Positions 12,403-25,425 of a DNA stretch of 64,000 bases are shown piece after piece. Numbering within the stretch: position 1 is the first letter of the stretch; every line of letters starts with the position of its first letter. Origin of the DNA: Felis catus (Eukaryota); NCBI RefSeq assembly GCF_018350175.1, contig NC_058374.1, positions 111,042,001 through 111,106,000 of the forward strand, in the 5' to 3' direction. The position numbers and the translations under genes are program-made. The notes beneath the pieces were generated by a model that saw nothing but the letters and a program-made list of their open reading frames with translations, had not been told where the DNA came from and ran no database searches.

Positions 12403-12616
12403 ATTTTTTTTTTCAATGTTTATTTATTTTTGGGACAGAGAGAGACAGAGCATGAACGGGGGAGGGGCAGAGAGAGAGGGAGACACAGAATTGGAAACAG
12501 GCTCCAGGCTCTGAGCCATCAGCCCAGAGCCCGACGCGGGGCTCGAACTCACGGACCGCAAGATCGTGACCTGGCTGAAGTCGGACGCTTAACCGACTGC
12601 GCCACCCAGGCGCCCC
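12403..12616 (-). mobile_element. Young Can-SINE (SINEC_Fc-like)
   Basis: Near-consensus; TSD caacaaggtt(t)n-aaga at 12379-12402 (T run expanded) and 12619-12635. Confidence 0.97.
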
Positions 12617-12654
12617 ATCAACAAGGTTTTTAAGAATAAATGAAAGTGAAGTGG

Positions 12655-12870
12655 GAGTCCATTTATTCTCCTTGCCTTCAGGATAAATTCTAAACTCCTT
12701 AAGGTAGTTTCAAAGGTATGTGACCTAACCCTTGCCCCACCTGACACCAATCCCCATTTCACACTTCACCTGCAAGCCATAGGGAACTATAAACCCATGC
12801 ACCAACCCAGGAGCTTCATTCCTTACAAATACTGGGGTTGGCACATCTAAGGCAGCATGATTAAATGAGG
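12655..12870 (+). mobile_element. L2 fragment
   Basis: ttgccttcaggataaattctaaactcctta...tgacctaacccttgcc. Confidence 0.6.
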
Positions 12871-13299
12871 TATCATGTATGATAAAGGATTCAGGGAAAA
12901 AAAATAAAAAGATATTAAATACATACACTACAGCAAAGAGGAATTTTAGGAACGTTTTCTTCTAGAACAGACTGAATTAACAAACAACTATTCTTCTGAA
13001 CCATTTCCTTCAACCCTTCTTGAAAAATTATGGTGCTATTGTGATTTAATGAGGCAGAATATTTTACACATTTTGTTACACTGATGACCTCCATTTAAAG
13101 TTTGCAAATCAACTCTCATTAGTTTTGAATTGAAGTGGGCTACTAATAAATGTCAATTTTGTTGACCTGTTCCATTCATCCTATGTTTTGCTGATTACAA
13201 AACTCTCCTTACCTCCCATGTATTTTTTTTATTTCACCAATACTGGGGTATGTTAGTCTTTAATGCATTTGAATGAGTGTAGCAGCTAAAGATTTTCTC

Positions 13300-14245
13300 A
13301 AAGGATCTTCTAGGTGAAAGGCTATTAATCAACAGGGCTTTAATGAGAGCATATCCAGGGCTGCTTTGTAAAGAATGAATTCTAGGGTGAAAGAATGCAA
13401 GCAGAGAGATTAGTGTGGCGGTTATTAGAATGAACCAAGTGAGAAATGGTAGTGGCTTGCCTAGGGTGGTGGCAAGGAAATGGAGAGAAGTAGGACAAAT
13501 ATGAAGATTTTAGAATGAGAAATCCTGCCCTTGAAACAACATAGATGAATTGGAGAACACCATGCTAAGTGAAATGAACCAGACACAGAAAGACCAACAG
13601 TGCATGAAAACTCTTATATAAGAAATCTATAATAGTCAAATGCACAGAAGTAGAGAGTAGAATTATGGTTGCCAAGGGCCAAGAGTAAAGGGAAATCGGT
13701 ACATATTAGGCAAAGTGTACAAAGCTTCACTTATGCAAGATAAGTAAGTTAGTTCAACTGTATAGCATAGCACCTATAGTGAATAATATATATTATATAC
13801 TTCAAATTTGCTAAGAATGTAGATCTTATGTTAAGTGTTGTTAAATAATAATAATAATAACAATAATAATAATAAATAAAGAGAGTGGGAGGAATCTTGG
13901 AGGTGATGGATATATTCATGGCATAGGTGGTGGTGATGGTTTCACATATATATACATTATCTCTGAACTCATCAAGTTGTATATATTGAATATGTACAGC
14001 TTTTTGTATGTCAATAATACCTCAATAAAATAGTTTTTTTAAAAAAAAGAATGAACAAGTAAAATGTGTAAGAGTAGAAAAAGAATGGGTTGGTGGGAAA
14101 AGTAAGGAATCGAGAGATTTGTCATAAACATGTTAAGTTTAACTTGCCTATTAGATATCTGTGTGGAGATCTTAAGCAGTTTGGGGGCAGAAGATGTAAA
14201 TTTGAAAGTCTAGCTAAGATCCCAAGGTCAGGAGTGTAGACAGAG
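13300..14245 (-). mobile_element. L2 fragment split by an L1 (13300-13518 and 14048-14245)
   Basis: gtgagaaatggtagtggcttgcctagggtggtggc before and gttaagtttaacttgcctattagatatct after the L1 are antisense L2 segments. Confidence 0.65.
13519..14047 (+). mobile_element. L1 3' end (L1MA/MB-like)
   Basis: atgctaagtgaaatgaaccagacacagaaagac, 3'UTR, caataaaa and A tail; possible TSD agaatga. Confidence 0.92.
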
Positions 14246-14675
14246 CCTAGAAGGCTTTCCTATTCAAACCAGCACAGGAATTAAACTGGATAGAAATGTA
14301 CCTTTTGTGTACCTTTGGTGGATCAAATACCAAAAGGAAATGGGATAAAATGGGATATTCTATCCCAGCCTTTCTCCTATTCAAGTTGTTATGAAGAATT
14401 TGTATCCCACTGCACGTCTTTTTTTCTTTTCTTTTTTTTTTTTTAGTGGAATGGGTCTTCAATATATAATGTAAGTCATCTGTTAGAGGATGTGTGCCTT
14501 CCTGCCTTGCCAAGTGGGAAGTTAAACAATCTTTTCTGGCCCAATTATGCGATATGACTGTACATTCTACGAGTGGCCTTAAATAATATAACCTAAACTT
14601 ATTACCAAGCTTAATATCATTTTTATCAAACCAAAGGTGTTTGCCATATTTTGACATACAGAAGGATATATTTTA

Positions 14676-14887
14676 TTTTTTTTTCAACGTTTATTTATTT
14701 TTGGGACAGAGAGAGACAGAGCATGAACGGGGGAGGGGCAGAGAGAGAGGGAGACACAGAATCTGAAACAGGCTCTAGGCTCTGAGCCATCAGCCCAGAG
14801 CCTGACGTGGGGCTCGAACTCACGGACCGCGAGATCGTGACCTGGCTGAAGTCGGACGCTTAACCGACTGCGCCACCCAGGCGCCCC
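14676..14887 (-). mobile_element. Young Can-SINE (SINEC_Fc-like)
   Basis: Perfect 17-bp TSD cagaaggatatatttta at 14659-14675 and 14888-14904. Confidence 0.98.
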
Positions 14888-15132
14888 CAGAAGGATATAT
14901 TTTAAATTAATTAATACATTTTAATTAATTAACTGATTAATAATTCTAAATGAATCTCATTCTACAGAAAATCCATTTAGTTGTCTTGCAGTATATGTTG
15001 CAACTAATTCACGTTATTAGAACTACTGAAGTTCTATTCTCTGCAAAACAAAATATTCTAGAAAAAGCACCTTAGGAGTCTTTAGACAGTAGACATATCC
15101 CCTCAGACCAAATATCTCTTGATATTCTAGGG

Positions 15133-15302
15133 GCCAGAGCTCCCATAGAGGATTTGCACCAACATTTCTTAGGGACTTTGTTTTTAAATATTCATATCCA
15201 GGCCACATTCTTGGAGATTCAAATTTGGTGGGTAGGCGAAGAGAGTCTTCTGAAAAAATTCCCCAAGTGATTTTGCTGTGGACCCCTAGGTAAGAACTGC
15301 TG
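15133..15302. mobile_element. MER5A-like hAT-Charlie element
   Basis: ggagattcaaatt...aattccccaagtgatttt...taagaactgctg terminus. Confidence 0.55.
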
Positions 15303-16424
15303 CTCAATGGGAAGGAGCTTCAAGCACTTGAGATTCAGATAGATTCCTGGGAGGCTTCTTTACTCTCCCTGGCCCACTTGCCTACCTGCAACCCACCTGT
15401 GAAGGTCACCTTTCAATTTATTTAAGAATCAAGTCTTGTTCTAATTAATTTTCATAACAAAATAGGTGACTTGGCCAAACACACACCAAGCATTTTATCT
15501 AAAGCCGATGGATGTCCTTTAACAAGCAATTAAGAATACCTACATTTTAAGCACATATGATGACTTCCATCTCAAGTTGGTTGCTCTCCTAATTCAAGTA
15601 AAATCTAAGATTTATTAGTGAATAAATACCCAACAGAGACTGTACCGCTTAAGTGATATTCTCACCAATCAGTGTAAACCTTTCTTCTTAAATTATCAGA
15701 AAGCCAAATTCCTGGACTGTATCACTTTTGATTACTTTTGTTCCCTGTGGAAACAGAGAATGCCTTCAAAGAATGCAAATCTTAAATTCTAAGTCCTCAA
15801 ATTTTATGGAGGTTTATAAAAGAGATACCTTCATCTAATAAAAACTACTCTTGTGGACAATGTGTACATGATAAATTTCCCCTCACAGCAGAAAGCCAGG
15901 AAAAAAATGTATCCAATATAAACTGATATGCTTCATTTTATTTATAAAGAGAATTATTTGGGTGCTTTGATTTTAACTGCCAGGAACTACTGTGGTAAGT
16001 TTTATGTGCCACTGTAGTAATCATCCCTAACCAAGGCTTTCTGGTTCAAGCATCTTTCCATATCACTTGGCCTTCACTCCTGAATCTTTGTTGTAATGAT
16101 GCCATGGACCTGTATCTTTTATTATAGGTTACCTCAAATCCTTTTTTGGAAATGGGTGTTTTATTAATAATAAGATCTATCCTGGACTCAACTATTTTAT
16201 AAAATTCATATCCATTTATTTTCAGTTATTGGCAGACCCCCTCCAGTAAGTCTGCTGTGAAGATTTTCTAAATTAAATAATCAAAAAAACTTCTGCCCTT
16301 CTCCTGCCATGACAAGAAGCTTTCTGTATGGAAAATGCATTGTGGCCAAAGGTCATAAATGCTTCTGTTAGCCACTGGAATAGAACGTGGTGATTGTCCC
16401 CCTCATCTTCCTCTTCTTCAGTAT

Positions 16425-16620
16425 CACCATTTTGGCACTTCCTATGAGCCAGGCACTGTGCCTGAAGCTTTGCATCCAAGTACTCATCCAAACATCATGA
16501 GGTTGAAACCAGTCCTAACAATGTCCCTTTTTATTTTTATTATTTTATTTCAGTAAATTTATTAATTTATTTTAGGGAAGGAACCCAGAACTTAAAAAGA
16601 TTAAATATCTTACACTCAAT
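16425..16620 (-). mobile_element. MIR fragment
   Basis: gcacttcctatgagccaggcactgtgcctgaagctttgcat. Confidence 0.7.
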
Positions 16621-17259
16621 CCATGTTTTTAAATAAATGCATGAACTTATGCAGTCAGATATTCAATTATTAAATTGGGTCTGGCTGACCCTAAGAAAAA
16701 CTGATAAGGAATGCTCCTGTTCTAGATGCAGGAATAAAGTAATACCACTACTAGGAGCTCCTTGGGTCTTTCTTCATCTCACAGAAAATGAGAAAAATGA
16801 CCTCGTTCTCTCCCTTTTGCATGGGGCAGATGGGTGAACCTAACATATTACAGGGTTCCCTTTCTTTAATCTGGACTTCAACCTTTCTCTTTACTTATGT
16901 TATACATGTTTGAAATCTAAATAAAGGCTTGGACAGTGGAAGAGGCAGCTGACTAAAGAATCAGGCAGAAACAGTTGACTGCTCCAAGGCTCATAGAATC
17001 CAAGTGACAAGGGATCATGGCCAGTGTCCACTGGGTTGACGATCTGACTATGTAATGGTTATCAGTCTCAAGAATATGTCTCTTGCAGCATTTTTTTTTT
17101 CCGCTTCTGGAGAATTAGCCATTGTCTGCTTAACATGAAGCATGTATTTCACGATAGCTTTGGGGACAATAAATGATAGGCTGTTTCACTCACATTCTTT
17201 GACTATAGGATTCAAAGTTAATTAATAAATGTAAAGATTTATTGATCCAATAAGTCCTC

Positions 17260-17430
17260 TCTGGCAGCACTGGACAGGGCATCAGGAAACCTGGTATGTA
17301 GTCCTGTTTATTCTAATGATGTGTGACTTCAGGTAAGTTATATAAGTGCTCTCAGCCTCGGCTTCTTAACTGCAGAAAAGACTTGTGTTTGATTGACTTG
17401 AGGGTCTCTCCCAACTCTGAAAATTTATGA
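17260..17430 (+). mobile_element. MIR (MIRc/MIR3-like)
   Basis: tgtgtgacttcaggtaagtta...ctctcagcctcggcttctt...ccaactctgaaaatttatga. Confidence 0.7.
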
Positions 17431-18691
17431 AGTTAACAATCTCTCTGATTTATTGTATGAAGTACTCTTTAATGAGATAAAGCTTTGTTATGTATAATCT
17501 TCAGTCTGGCAGAAAATAGTTGAAAATGAACAGGCAAAAGCAAGAAAGAGCTTTAACAACACAAGGATAAATTTAGGCATGATCTGTTTTCACATGCCTC
17601 ATCCAGTCATTCATGAGGATTTTCTTTCATTATTACTCATTTCCCTAATTGACTTTAGATATGGGCATCTGATACATGGAGGTGAGGTCAAAACAATCAT
17701 TGATGAATTTCCTTTAAAATAAATGTAAAAATCGTTTCCCATTGTATCATACCATGAATGAGGTCATTTTTTCCAAGTTGTCAGATCCTAACACATTGCA
17801 CTTATTTATCTAAGATTTGTGATTATAGACTGCTTCTAGACCCATAAATATTTAACAACATATTTCCTTACAGATGTTTAAGAAAAACAAACCTTTCCTT
17901 TCATTAATTCCCTGATTTGGTGAATCAGCTGTGTGCTGAGAAAGCTGGCCATCCCTTGGTCCCAAGCCCAGGGAACCCCTTGTCTTAAAAACACCAAAAA
18001 AATTAGAACTTCAATTTACAATGGTTATGACCTACCCCGAAAAGTGATTTTCTACCATTTTCCTTATTTTCTCAAGTTATTAACCTTTATTTCAATACAC
18101 TTAGTCACACCCATGCTAATTTTTTCAAGTTTTATGTTTATTTTTCTAAAACCACTCCTGTCTGCAATTCTTTCCTTATTCCAAAAATGGCAATAAGCCA
18201 GGCCCCACTTTCTTCTAACTTAATTTTTCCAGACTTCTTAATGGCTATGTCAATTTCCTGTCATTGTTCTGCTATAGGATTTCCTTAGTTCCCTCCTAAT
18301 GCCTTTGGCGGGTGCACGTTTATACTGAAATTTATAAAGGTGGGGAAAAGTCATCAACACAGTCCAGAGAAGAGACTGATTCATTATGAGGTAACTAAGC
18401 TGAAAAGCACACTTTAATGGACTATTTTGGTAGCATGACTTGAGATCGTAAGCTGTGTTTTTTACTCCCTGGAAATGGTTGCTTTTAAATGGCATTCCCA
18501 AGGTCAGGAAGGAAGTATGACATCACTGAGGAGCAGCTGCCCCTGAGGTAGTGAAAAGGAGCTTCAAGAAGCTCCTGTTTAAAGGTGCATTAATCATGAC
18601 CATTCAGTTGGCGGCAGGATAAGACAAATAGGGGCAAATTCAGATAAACTCAAAGGAAGAGAGCTTGGGGTTTGTTTTCAGAATCACTGAA

Positions 18692-19607
18692 TTTTTTTTA
18701 ATTTAAGTCTATTTGACATGTAATATTGTGTAAATTTAAAGTATACAGCATATTGACTTGATTCATTCAGATATTGTAATATGATTGCCATTGTAATCTT
18801 TGCAAACTCTTTCACCACATTACATGATTATTGTTTTTTTGTTTTGTTTTGTTTTTTTGTTTTTTGTGGTTTTTTTTTTTTTTTTTGGTTGTGGGAACAA
18901 CTAAGATCTAGTCTCTTAGGAAGTTTGATGTTTATACAATATTATTGTCTATGATCATTATATTGTACATTAGATCTCCAGAGCTTCTTCATCTATTGGT
19001 TCTAAGTTTGTGCCCTTAAACAGCATCACTTCTATTCCTCCGTCCCCCAACTTCTGGTAACTACCATTTCACATTCTGCTTTTATGAGTTTGGCTTTTTT
19101 AATATTCCACATATAAATGATATTATATGGTATTTGTCTTTCTCAGTCTGATTCATCTCACTTGGCATAATGGCCTCAAGGTCCAACCATGTTGTCACAA
19201 ATAGCAGGATTTTCTTTCTCGTGGCTGAATAATATTACCTTGTAAATATGTATACACCACATCTTCTTTATGCATTCATTCATTCATGGGCACTTAGGTT
19301 GTTTCCATATCTTGGTTATTGTGAACAATGCTGCAATAAATGTGGGAGTGCATGTATCTCTCTGAGATCCTATTTTCATTTCCTTTAGGTAGGTACCCAG
19401 AAGTCGAATTGCTGGAGCATATGGCAGTTCTAGATTCAATTTTTTGAAGAACATCCTTAGTGTCTTCCATAGCAGCTGAACCAATTTACATTCCCAACAA
19501 AAGTGTACTAAGGTTGCCTTTTCTCCCCATCCTCACCAACAGTTAGTATCTCTTGTCTTCTTAAAGAATCCTAACAAATGTGAGGTAAGATCCCATTGTG
19601 GTTTTGC
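18692..19607 (-). mobile_element. 5'-truncated L1 (L1MA9/10-like): ORF2 C-terminus and 3'UTR
   Basis: ORF 19284-19484(-) reads LWKT...KKLNLELPYAPAIRLLGTY...FIAALFTITKIWKQPKCP, the L1 ORF2p C-terminal motif. Confidence 0.96.
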
Positions 19608-19905
19608 TACATACAGAATAAAAGAATCATAGATTTCTGAAGTTTACTATTAGAAATTATCTGATTCACTCAATTTATTTTATGAAAAAGAAAATGGACT
19701 CAGAGAAATTGAGATTTTTCTCAATGTCAGATGTCTAAGTTGTGACTGAGTTGAAATTAGAGCAGAGGTTGCTAATCATCTGATTGAATATTCTGAAAGC
19801 ACTTCTTGAGACTGATTTATATATTTTAGTCTTCACAGAATCTATTGTTGGACTGATTGTATTACTGTTAAATAGTAGAACCGGCATGTTGGAATTTCTT
19901 TAGAG

Positions 19906-20212
19906 TTTTTTCTTAACTGAGGAGAAATTCACATACCATACACTGACCATTTTTAAGTGTAAAATTTAGTAGCATTCAATACATTCATAATATTGTGTAA
20001 CTACTATCTCTCTCTAGTTTCAAAGTTTTCTTCACCCCAGGAGAACATCCCATACTTCTTATGGAATCATTCATCATTCCCCATTCCCCTCATCCTCTGG
20101 CAATCACTAATCCATTTTCTATCTCCATGGATTTGCCTATTCTGGATATTTCATGTGAAAGGAATCATACAGTACATGACCTTTTCTGTCTGGCTTCTTT
20201 CACTTAGCATAA
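19906..20212 (-). mobile_element. L1MB-like 3'UTR fragment
   Basis: tctatctccatggatttgcctattctggatatttcatgtgaaaggaatcatacag. Confidence 0.9.
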
Positions 20213-20252
20213 TGTGTGTGTGTGTGTGTGTGTGTGCGTGTGTGTGTGTGTG
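20213..20252 (+). repeat. (TG)20 microsatellite with one CG interruption
   Basis: Direct reading. Confidence 0.98.
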
Positions 20253-21009
20253 TATTACCTACAATATTCATGAATTTGACAACATATATGCTGATCAGCA
20301 TAACTTCTAAATAAAAATAAAGATCTCCGTAAGGTTGTCATAATAAATGAGACTGATACTACCAAATTTTCATCTGCTTTACCCTTGAATAAAGCTCTTA
20401 ACAATTAGGAAAATTAATAGTTCTCCAAATACGTTGAAATATTAGAGTATTTGAAAGGCTTAAAGTCTATGGTTATGTGCTTAATAAAAATAATTTTTCT
20501 TTCACAATATTGCATTTCCAAATGTTCATGCCCAATGTCTAGATAGTTTAAAAATAGATATTTTGATACACTGAGATAATCTCTTTGGGAATCAAAAAAT
20601 TATTATATTTTCTGTGCTCAAATAGTTTGCACTTCAGTATAAAAACCAAACATGACAAATGTTCTATTTATGTGAATATATAATTTGTGGACAAATTTGT
20701 CTACAATCATCAATAAATAGAAGGAGAGAAGGACAGAGAGACATACACACAGAAAAAGAGATAATAGAAGTACATATATTTACCTGTGGTTAGCTATAAA
20801 TGGATGGTGAGATTGTGGCTTTTTTGTGTTTATCTTCTAGCTCTTTAAGAAATAATAGCATTATTTGTGTTGTTAAAAGAAAACCCTGATAAATTTGTCT
20901 CTATATTTCAGTTCTGAAATATGGCTAAACCTATACTTACTAGGAATTTATAGTGATCTGAATAACCACTAGCAGTTTCAGGAACAATAATGAAATTCTT
21001 TTTAAAAAT

Positions 21010-21180
21010 TAACATGAAAAATCATAAACCTATTCAGTTATTTGAACCTAAAGAAATAGTCCAACAACAGCAAAAAGTTGTATATAGGAAGGTGTTCATT
21101 ACAGCATTATTTATAACATTTCCAAATTAAGAGTTAGCTCAAAATCCAAAAATTGAGGAGTGGTTTAGGAAAAAACTCTA
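21010..21180 (+). mobile_element. Highly decayed L1ME-like fragment
   Basis: ggtgttcattacagcattatttataac resembles the ORF2 MFIAALF region. Confidence 0.5.
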
Positions 21181-21214
21181 CACGTTGGCTTCTTTCTTTT
21201 TCTTCAGTCACACC

Positions 21215-21545
21215 AAATGCATTCCCAAGACAGCCTTAGGCCTGAAACATTCTTCCACTGTCTTTGCATAATCAGCTACTTTAATTCTTCAGGGCTCAGC
21301 TCAAATGGCTGCTCCTCAGAAGGTATGTCTCTTATCACCAAACCTAATTCCTCACCACTCTATTGTATCACCCTTTTAATTTCTTTTATATTATTTTTCA
21401 TAATCTAAGCTTATCTTGTACTTCTCATTGTCTATGTCTATGTCTTTCCACTGGTGTATAACTATGAGAAAAGGCATTTGCTGAATGATCAGCACTATAA
21501 ATCTAGGGACTAAAATAGTATCTGACACACACAGTCACGTGGCCC
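21215..21545 (+). mobile_element. L2 3' portion
   Basis: ttcagggctcagctcaaatggctgctcctcagaagg...tttccactggtgtataactatgag. Confidence 0.75.
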
Positions 21546-21560
21546 ATCAATATATGTTTT

Positions 21561-21780
21561 TGTTTAAGTTTTTTTTTTAACATTTATTCATTCTTGAGAG
21601 ACAGAGACAGAGTGTGAGTGGGGGAGGGGCGGAGACAGAGGGAGACACAGAATCTGAAGCAGGCTCCAGCCTCTGAGCTATCAGCACAGACCCCTGACGC
21701 AGGGCTTAAACTCATGGACTGTGAGATCATGACCTGCGCTGACGCTGGAGGCTTAACCGATTGAGCCACCCAGGCGCCCC
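21561..21780 (-). mobile_element. Can-SINE, left member of tandem pair
   Basis: Antisense full-length SINE between two copies of atcaatatatg(g)tttt. Confidence 0.96.
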
Positions 21781-21798
21781 TGATCAATATATGGTTTT

Positions 21799-22013
21799 CT
21801 TTTTTAATTTTTTTAAAATTTTATTTGTTTTTGAGAGAGAGACAGACAGAGCATAAGCAGGGGAGGAACAGAGAGAGGAGACACAGAATCTGAAGCAGGC
21901 TCCAGGCTCTGAGCTGTCAGCACAGAGCACGATGCAGGTCTCGAAGCCACGAACTGCAAGATCATGACCTGAGCTGAAGTCGGCACTCAACCGACTGAGC
22001 CTCTCAGGTGCCC
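21799..22013 (-). mobile_element. Can-SINE, right member of tandem pair
   Basis: Antisense full-length SINE followed by caatatatgtttt at 22014-22026. Confidence 0.96.
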
Positions 22014-23321
22014 CAATATATGTTTTTTTTAAAAAAAGAAGAATGAGAAATACCTGCACCTAAGTAAAATAAAAAATTTAATAGGGAATATACAGAAATG
22101 AAATAATTATCTTAACTTGATGAGATTCCAATTATTTAAAAGTGTATTGCATATATTTGCTATATTATTTTTACAATACCTCTTCTTTTTAATTAAAACT
22201 CTAAAAGTGTATGCTTAATGGTAATTGTTGGGGCCTTGGTTTACTATTATTAGACACCCAATTCAAATTGGGACTGGGAAAAAAAATAACCTTCTCGAGT
22301 TAATTTCAACATTTTCTGCTATAATCATTCCAAATTTTCAGAGATTAGAATAGTCCTGTTCTGGACTCTATTAAAATACCTAGCAAGTCAACTCCCCTGT
22401 GTCCTCATGGGGTATGATAATCACCGTTTAAAATTTATGGGGTTGCTTTTGTCCTTTCGTCATCAGTCTACAAAGACTTCTTTTGAAAAAATACCCTCAA
22501 ACTCCTCTTCTGAGTCACTGGTCACCCTTAAAACAAAATATCCAGGGGATTTCATATTCCTTGATTGTTCTCTGGGGAGATTCTATTCATGAGTAGATCA
22601 TGAAGAGCTAACAGGTAGGAAACATTAAAACAAACATAAATAGCATGCAATTAGCAGAGAAGACAACTTGTTCCATAAGCAAAGTACTCTGACTCTTCCC
22701 ATTAAAGAATTTGCTGGTATATCTGTAATTTTACATGCACTTATTTGAATGTACTGCATCTTCCCAAAAGAAAGCTCTCTGGGAATATCCATGGTACTGA
22801 TAACACTGAGCCTTTATATGTGCAACTCAAAGCACCTAGCTAGCAAATTATAGATTGGGTCAAAATTCCATAATTATTTTCTTCTCTAATTGAGGCCAAA
22901 ATCAGGTTATCTCTGGTTGCCCCTGAATCAATTTAGTAAATATATTCTTGGTCTCATATTGATACTTTCAGAGAATACTCCCTTTTGGGACTCAACAGCT
23001 TCTTGGCTCACAAGACATTTTCAGTCATGGTAATATTGATGAATATTTCTATAATCTATCATTTTCTTGAGAATTTATTTCTCTTAATAACCTATACAGG
23101 TTATTAGTGTTGAATGAGTTTTACTAAGCAAACTGTGTTTTCTTAATTTTTGTCAGTATCTACTCAAGCACACCATTTTGTGGATTTTTTTCATACACAT
23201 TTGTTCTGATTCGAACATCTTGAAGTGTTAGTCATACTTTTTTTCTTGAAAAACAGCGTTTGTCAGCTGGATTTAGTTCATAAGTGATGGGAAAGACCTA
23301 CTTTCAACATGAAGTATTTTA

Positions 23322-23546
23322 TTTAAAAAAAAAATTTTTTTTTCAACGTTTATTTATTTTTGGGACAGAGAGAGACAGAGCATGAACGGGGGAGGGGCAG
23401 AGAGAGAGGGAGACACAGAATCGGAAACAGGCTCCAGGCTCCGAGCCATCAGCCCAGAGCCTGACGCGGGGCTCGAACTCACAGACCGCGAGATCGTGAC
23501 CTGGCTGAAGTCGGACGCTTAACCGACTGCGCCACCCAGGCGCCCC
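23322..23546 (-). mobile_element. Young Can-SINE (SINEC_Fc-like)
   Basis: TSD tgaagtatttta at 23310-23321 and 23547-23558; A/B boxes intact. Confidence 0.98.
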
Positions 23547-23944
23547 TGAAGTATTTTAATCTAATGCAGTTCCAAATAATACAGCTCAAAAATTCTAGAA
23601 TTCTAGTAAATATTTATGATAAAGCCTTTTAATTCTATGAAAGGAAATATGGGGGGCACAGGAGACAGTCTCACTGAACATGTTTATATTTTATCCAGTT
23701 TTGTAGCACTTCTTGCTAATTCTGAATTCACCAAGATGGATCTTAGAATGTGTAGCCATAAAGATACAGAACTATTTTTATCGTTGAAACCTGAAATCAT
23801 TCAAAAAATAAAACATAATTTGCTTTTTGTACAACCTATGGGATATTAAGGTAGTTAAGAAGTTATTTAAAACTGATCCCTTGGTTTGCTGACATATAAG
23901 CACAGACTCACAGTTTTCCAAGGATACCACTTACAACTAATGAT

Positions 23945-24480
23945 GCATTCAGTTATCCATCCATTGCTCAACACAAGTTAAGCATTTATGACCAACCGGG
24001 AACAGTTCTAGGTTTGTAAGATACAATGGTATCCTCCCCTGCAGGAAGATTACATTTCTGGAGGAAGGTGATATATAAACGGAAACATTCCATATAGTAG
24101 GAAAGGACCGTATGAGGAAGATAAGTGCAATGAATTATAGGAATACATAGAGGGACATCTAACTTGGTCCTAGCCAATCAAGAAAGTATTCCAGTTGGAA
24201 ATGACATGTGAGCTGGAACTTTAGGATGAATAGGTCTGATCCAAGGAACAAAGGACTAAGTGAGTGTGTGGAGTATATGGAATATATGGAGAAGGAAGTT
24301 TTCCCAAAACTAAAAATAGTTCAATATGCGTGAGCATAAATTGGCTTGGGGTAGTGTGGGTATGTTTGTTGATAGGGTGGGGTTTGGAAATTGCAAGGCT
24401 GAGTCAGGAGTTGGGTAATAAAGTTCTTTTTATTCCATGCCAGGCAATTTAGATGTCATTAAGTGGACAATAAGAAAGTG
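23945..24480 (-). mobile_element. L2 3' portion
   Basis: cattgctcaacacaagttaagcattta...gacatgtgagctggaacttt antisense L2 pattern. Confidence 0.65.
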
Positions 24481-25039
24481 AAGTCTTAAGCCCTGGGGGG
24501 AGGGAGAGTGGGGACAGAGGTGGGCAATACTGTCATAAGGTATGAGTTTTAGATCACTTTCCAGCTACAGAGGGGAGGCTAGATTGCAGGGAAACACGAG
24601 ATATGTTAAAGCTAATAGGTACTTAACCCCACTAAGGTTAGTTCTGAGGTTACTTCTCTGTGCCCCTACACTTGTCTCTTGTCTGCTACATATGAGAGGC
24701 AGGAATATTTTCAGAGGATACACAACTCTGAGGAGCACCATTTCCCTTCCAGACCTGTCCTCTCACATACGCCAGCTGTGGCCACTGGTGCAAATAGGCC
24801 TTAAAGAGCCTAACATGTTCATCTGTCCAGCCTGTAACCATTTCTTTTTCTGAAGCTCCCGAAAAATAAGCATTAGTTTTTCTATCTTTTGGAGAACAGA
24901 GACACCTTGGTTTTATTTATATCACAAGGCTACTGAGAGATAAAACTAAGATACATATGTAAAACACAGCTATGTAAAAAATAAAGGGTAGTAAAAAATG
25001 CAAGAGAGTATTGTTAGGGATTATACTTTTTGGAAATTA

Positions 25040-25042
<3 letters not shown>

Positions 25043-25078
<36 letters not shown>
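25043..25078 (+). repeat. (TG)18 microsatellite
   Basis: Direct reading. Confidence 0.98.
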
Positions 25079-25081
<3 letters not shown>

Positions 25082-25174
25082 TCCAAATCAAGATAAATAC
25101 AATGTATAGGCCCGAAAACTTTTCTTTTCATAAAATAAAAGTATTTTGAGTCCCATTAGAAAGATAAATTTTTA

Positions 25175-25425
25175 TAAATGCATTATGTTTTAGTGCCTCA
25201 AAATATCCTCTTAAGGTAGGAATTATTATTTCCAGTTCCATTCAGACTGGGTTTCAATATGCTGAACTGAGTTGTCCAGGGTGTCTTGGGGTAATACAGT
25301 TAATGGTAGAGGTGGGCTAGAATTAGTTCATTCCATTCACCACAACTGAATGTTACTCTGTGCGTGACCCTGTAAAATTATGGCAGAGACAAAGACAAAT
25401 GAGGTGTGGACCTCTGCCAGTCATC
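25175..25425 (-). mobile_element. MIR fragment followed by an L2 3' end fragment
   Basis: cctcaaaatatcctcttaaggtaggaattattatt; ttcattccattcaccacaactgaatg. Confidence 0.55.

Noticed and set aside
14247-14657. 136-aa minus-strand ORF
   Set aside because: Crosses a T-rich low-complexity tract (KKKKRKEKK), no domain, length within chance expectation
19284-19484. L1 ORF2-like ORF as a functional CDS
   Set aside because: C-terminal fragment of a 5'-truncated, stop-containing old L1
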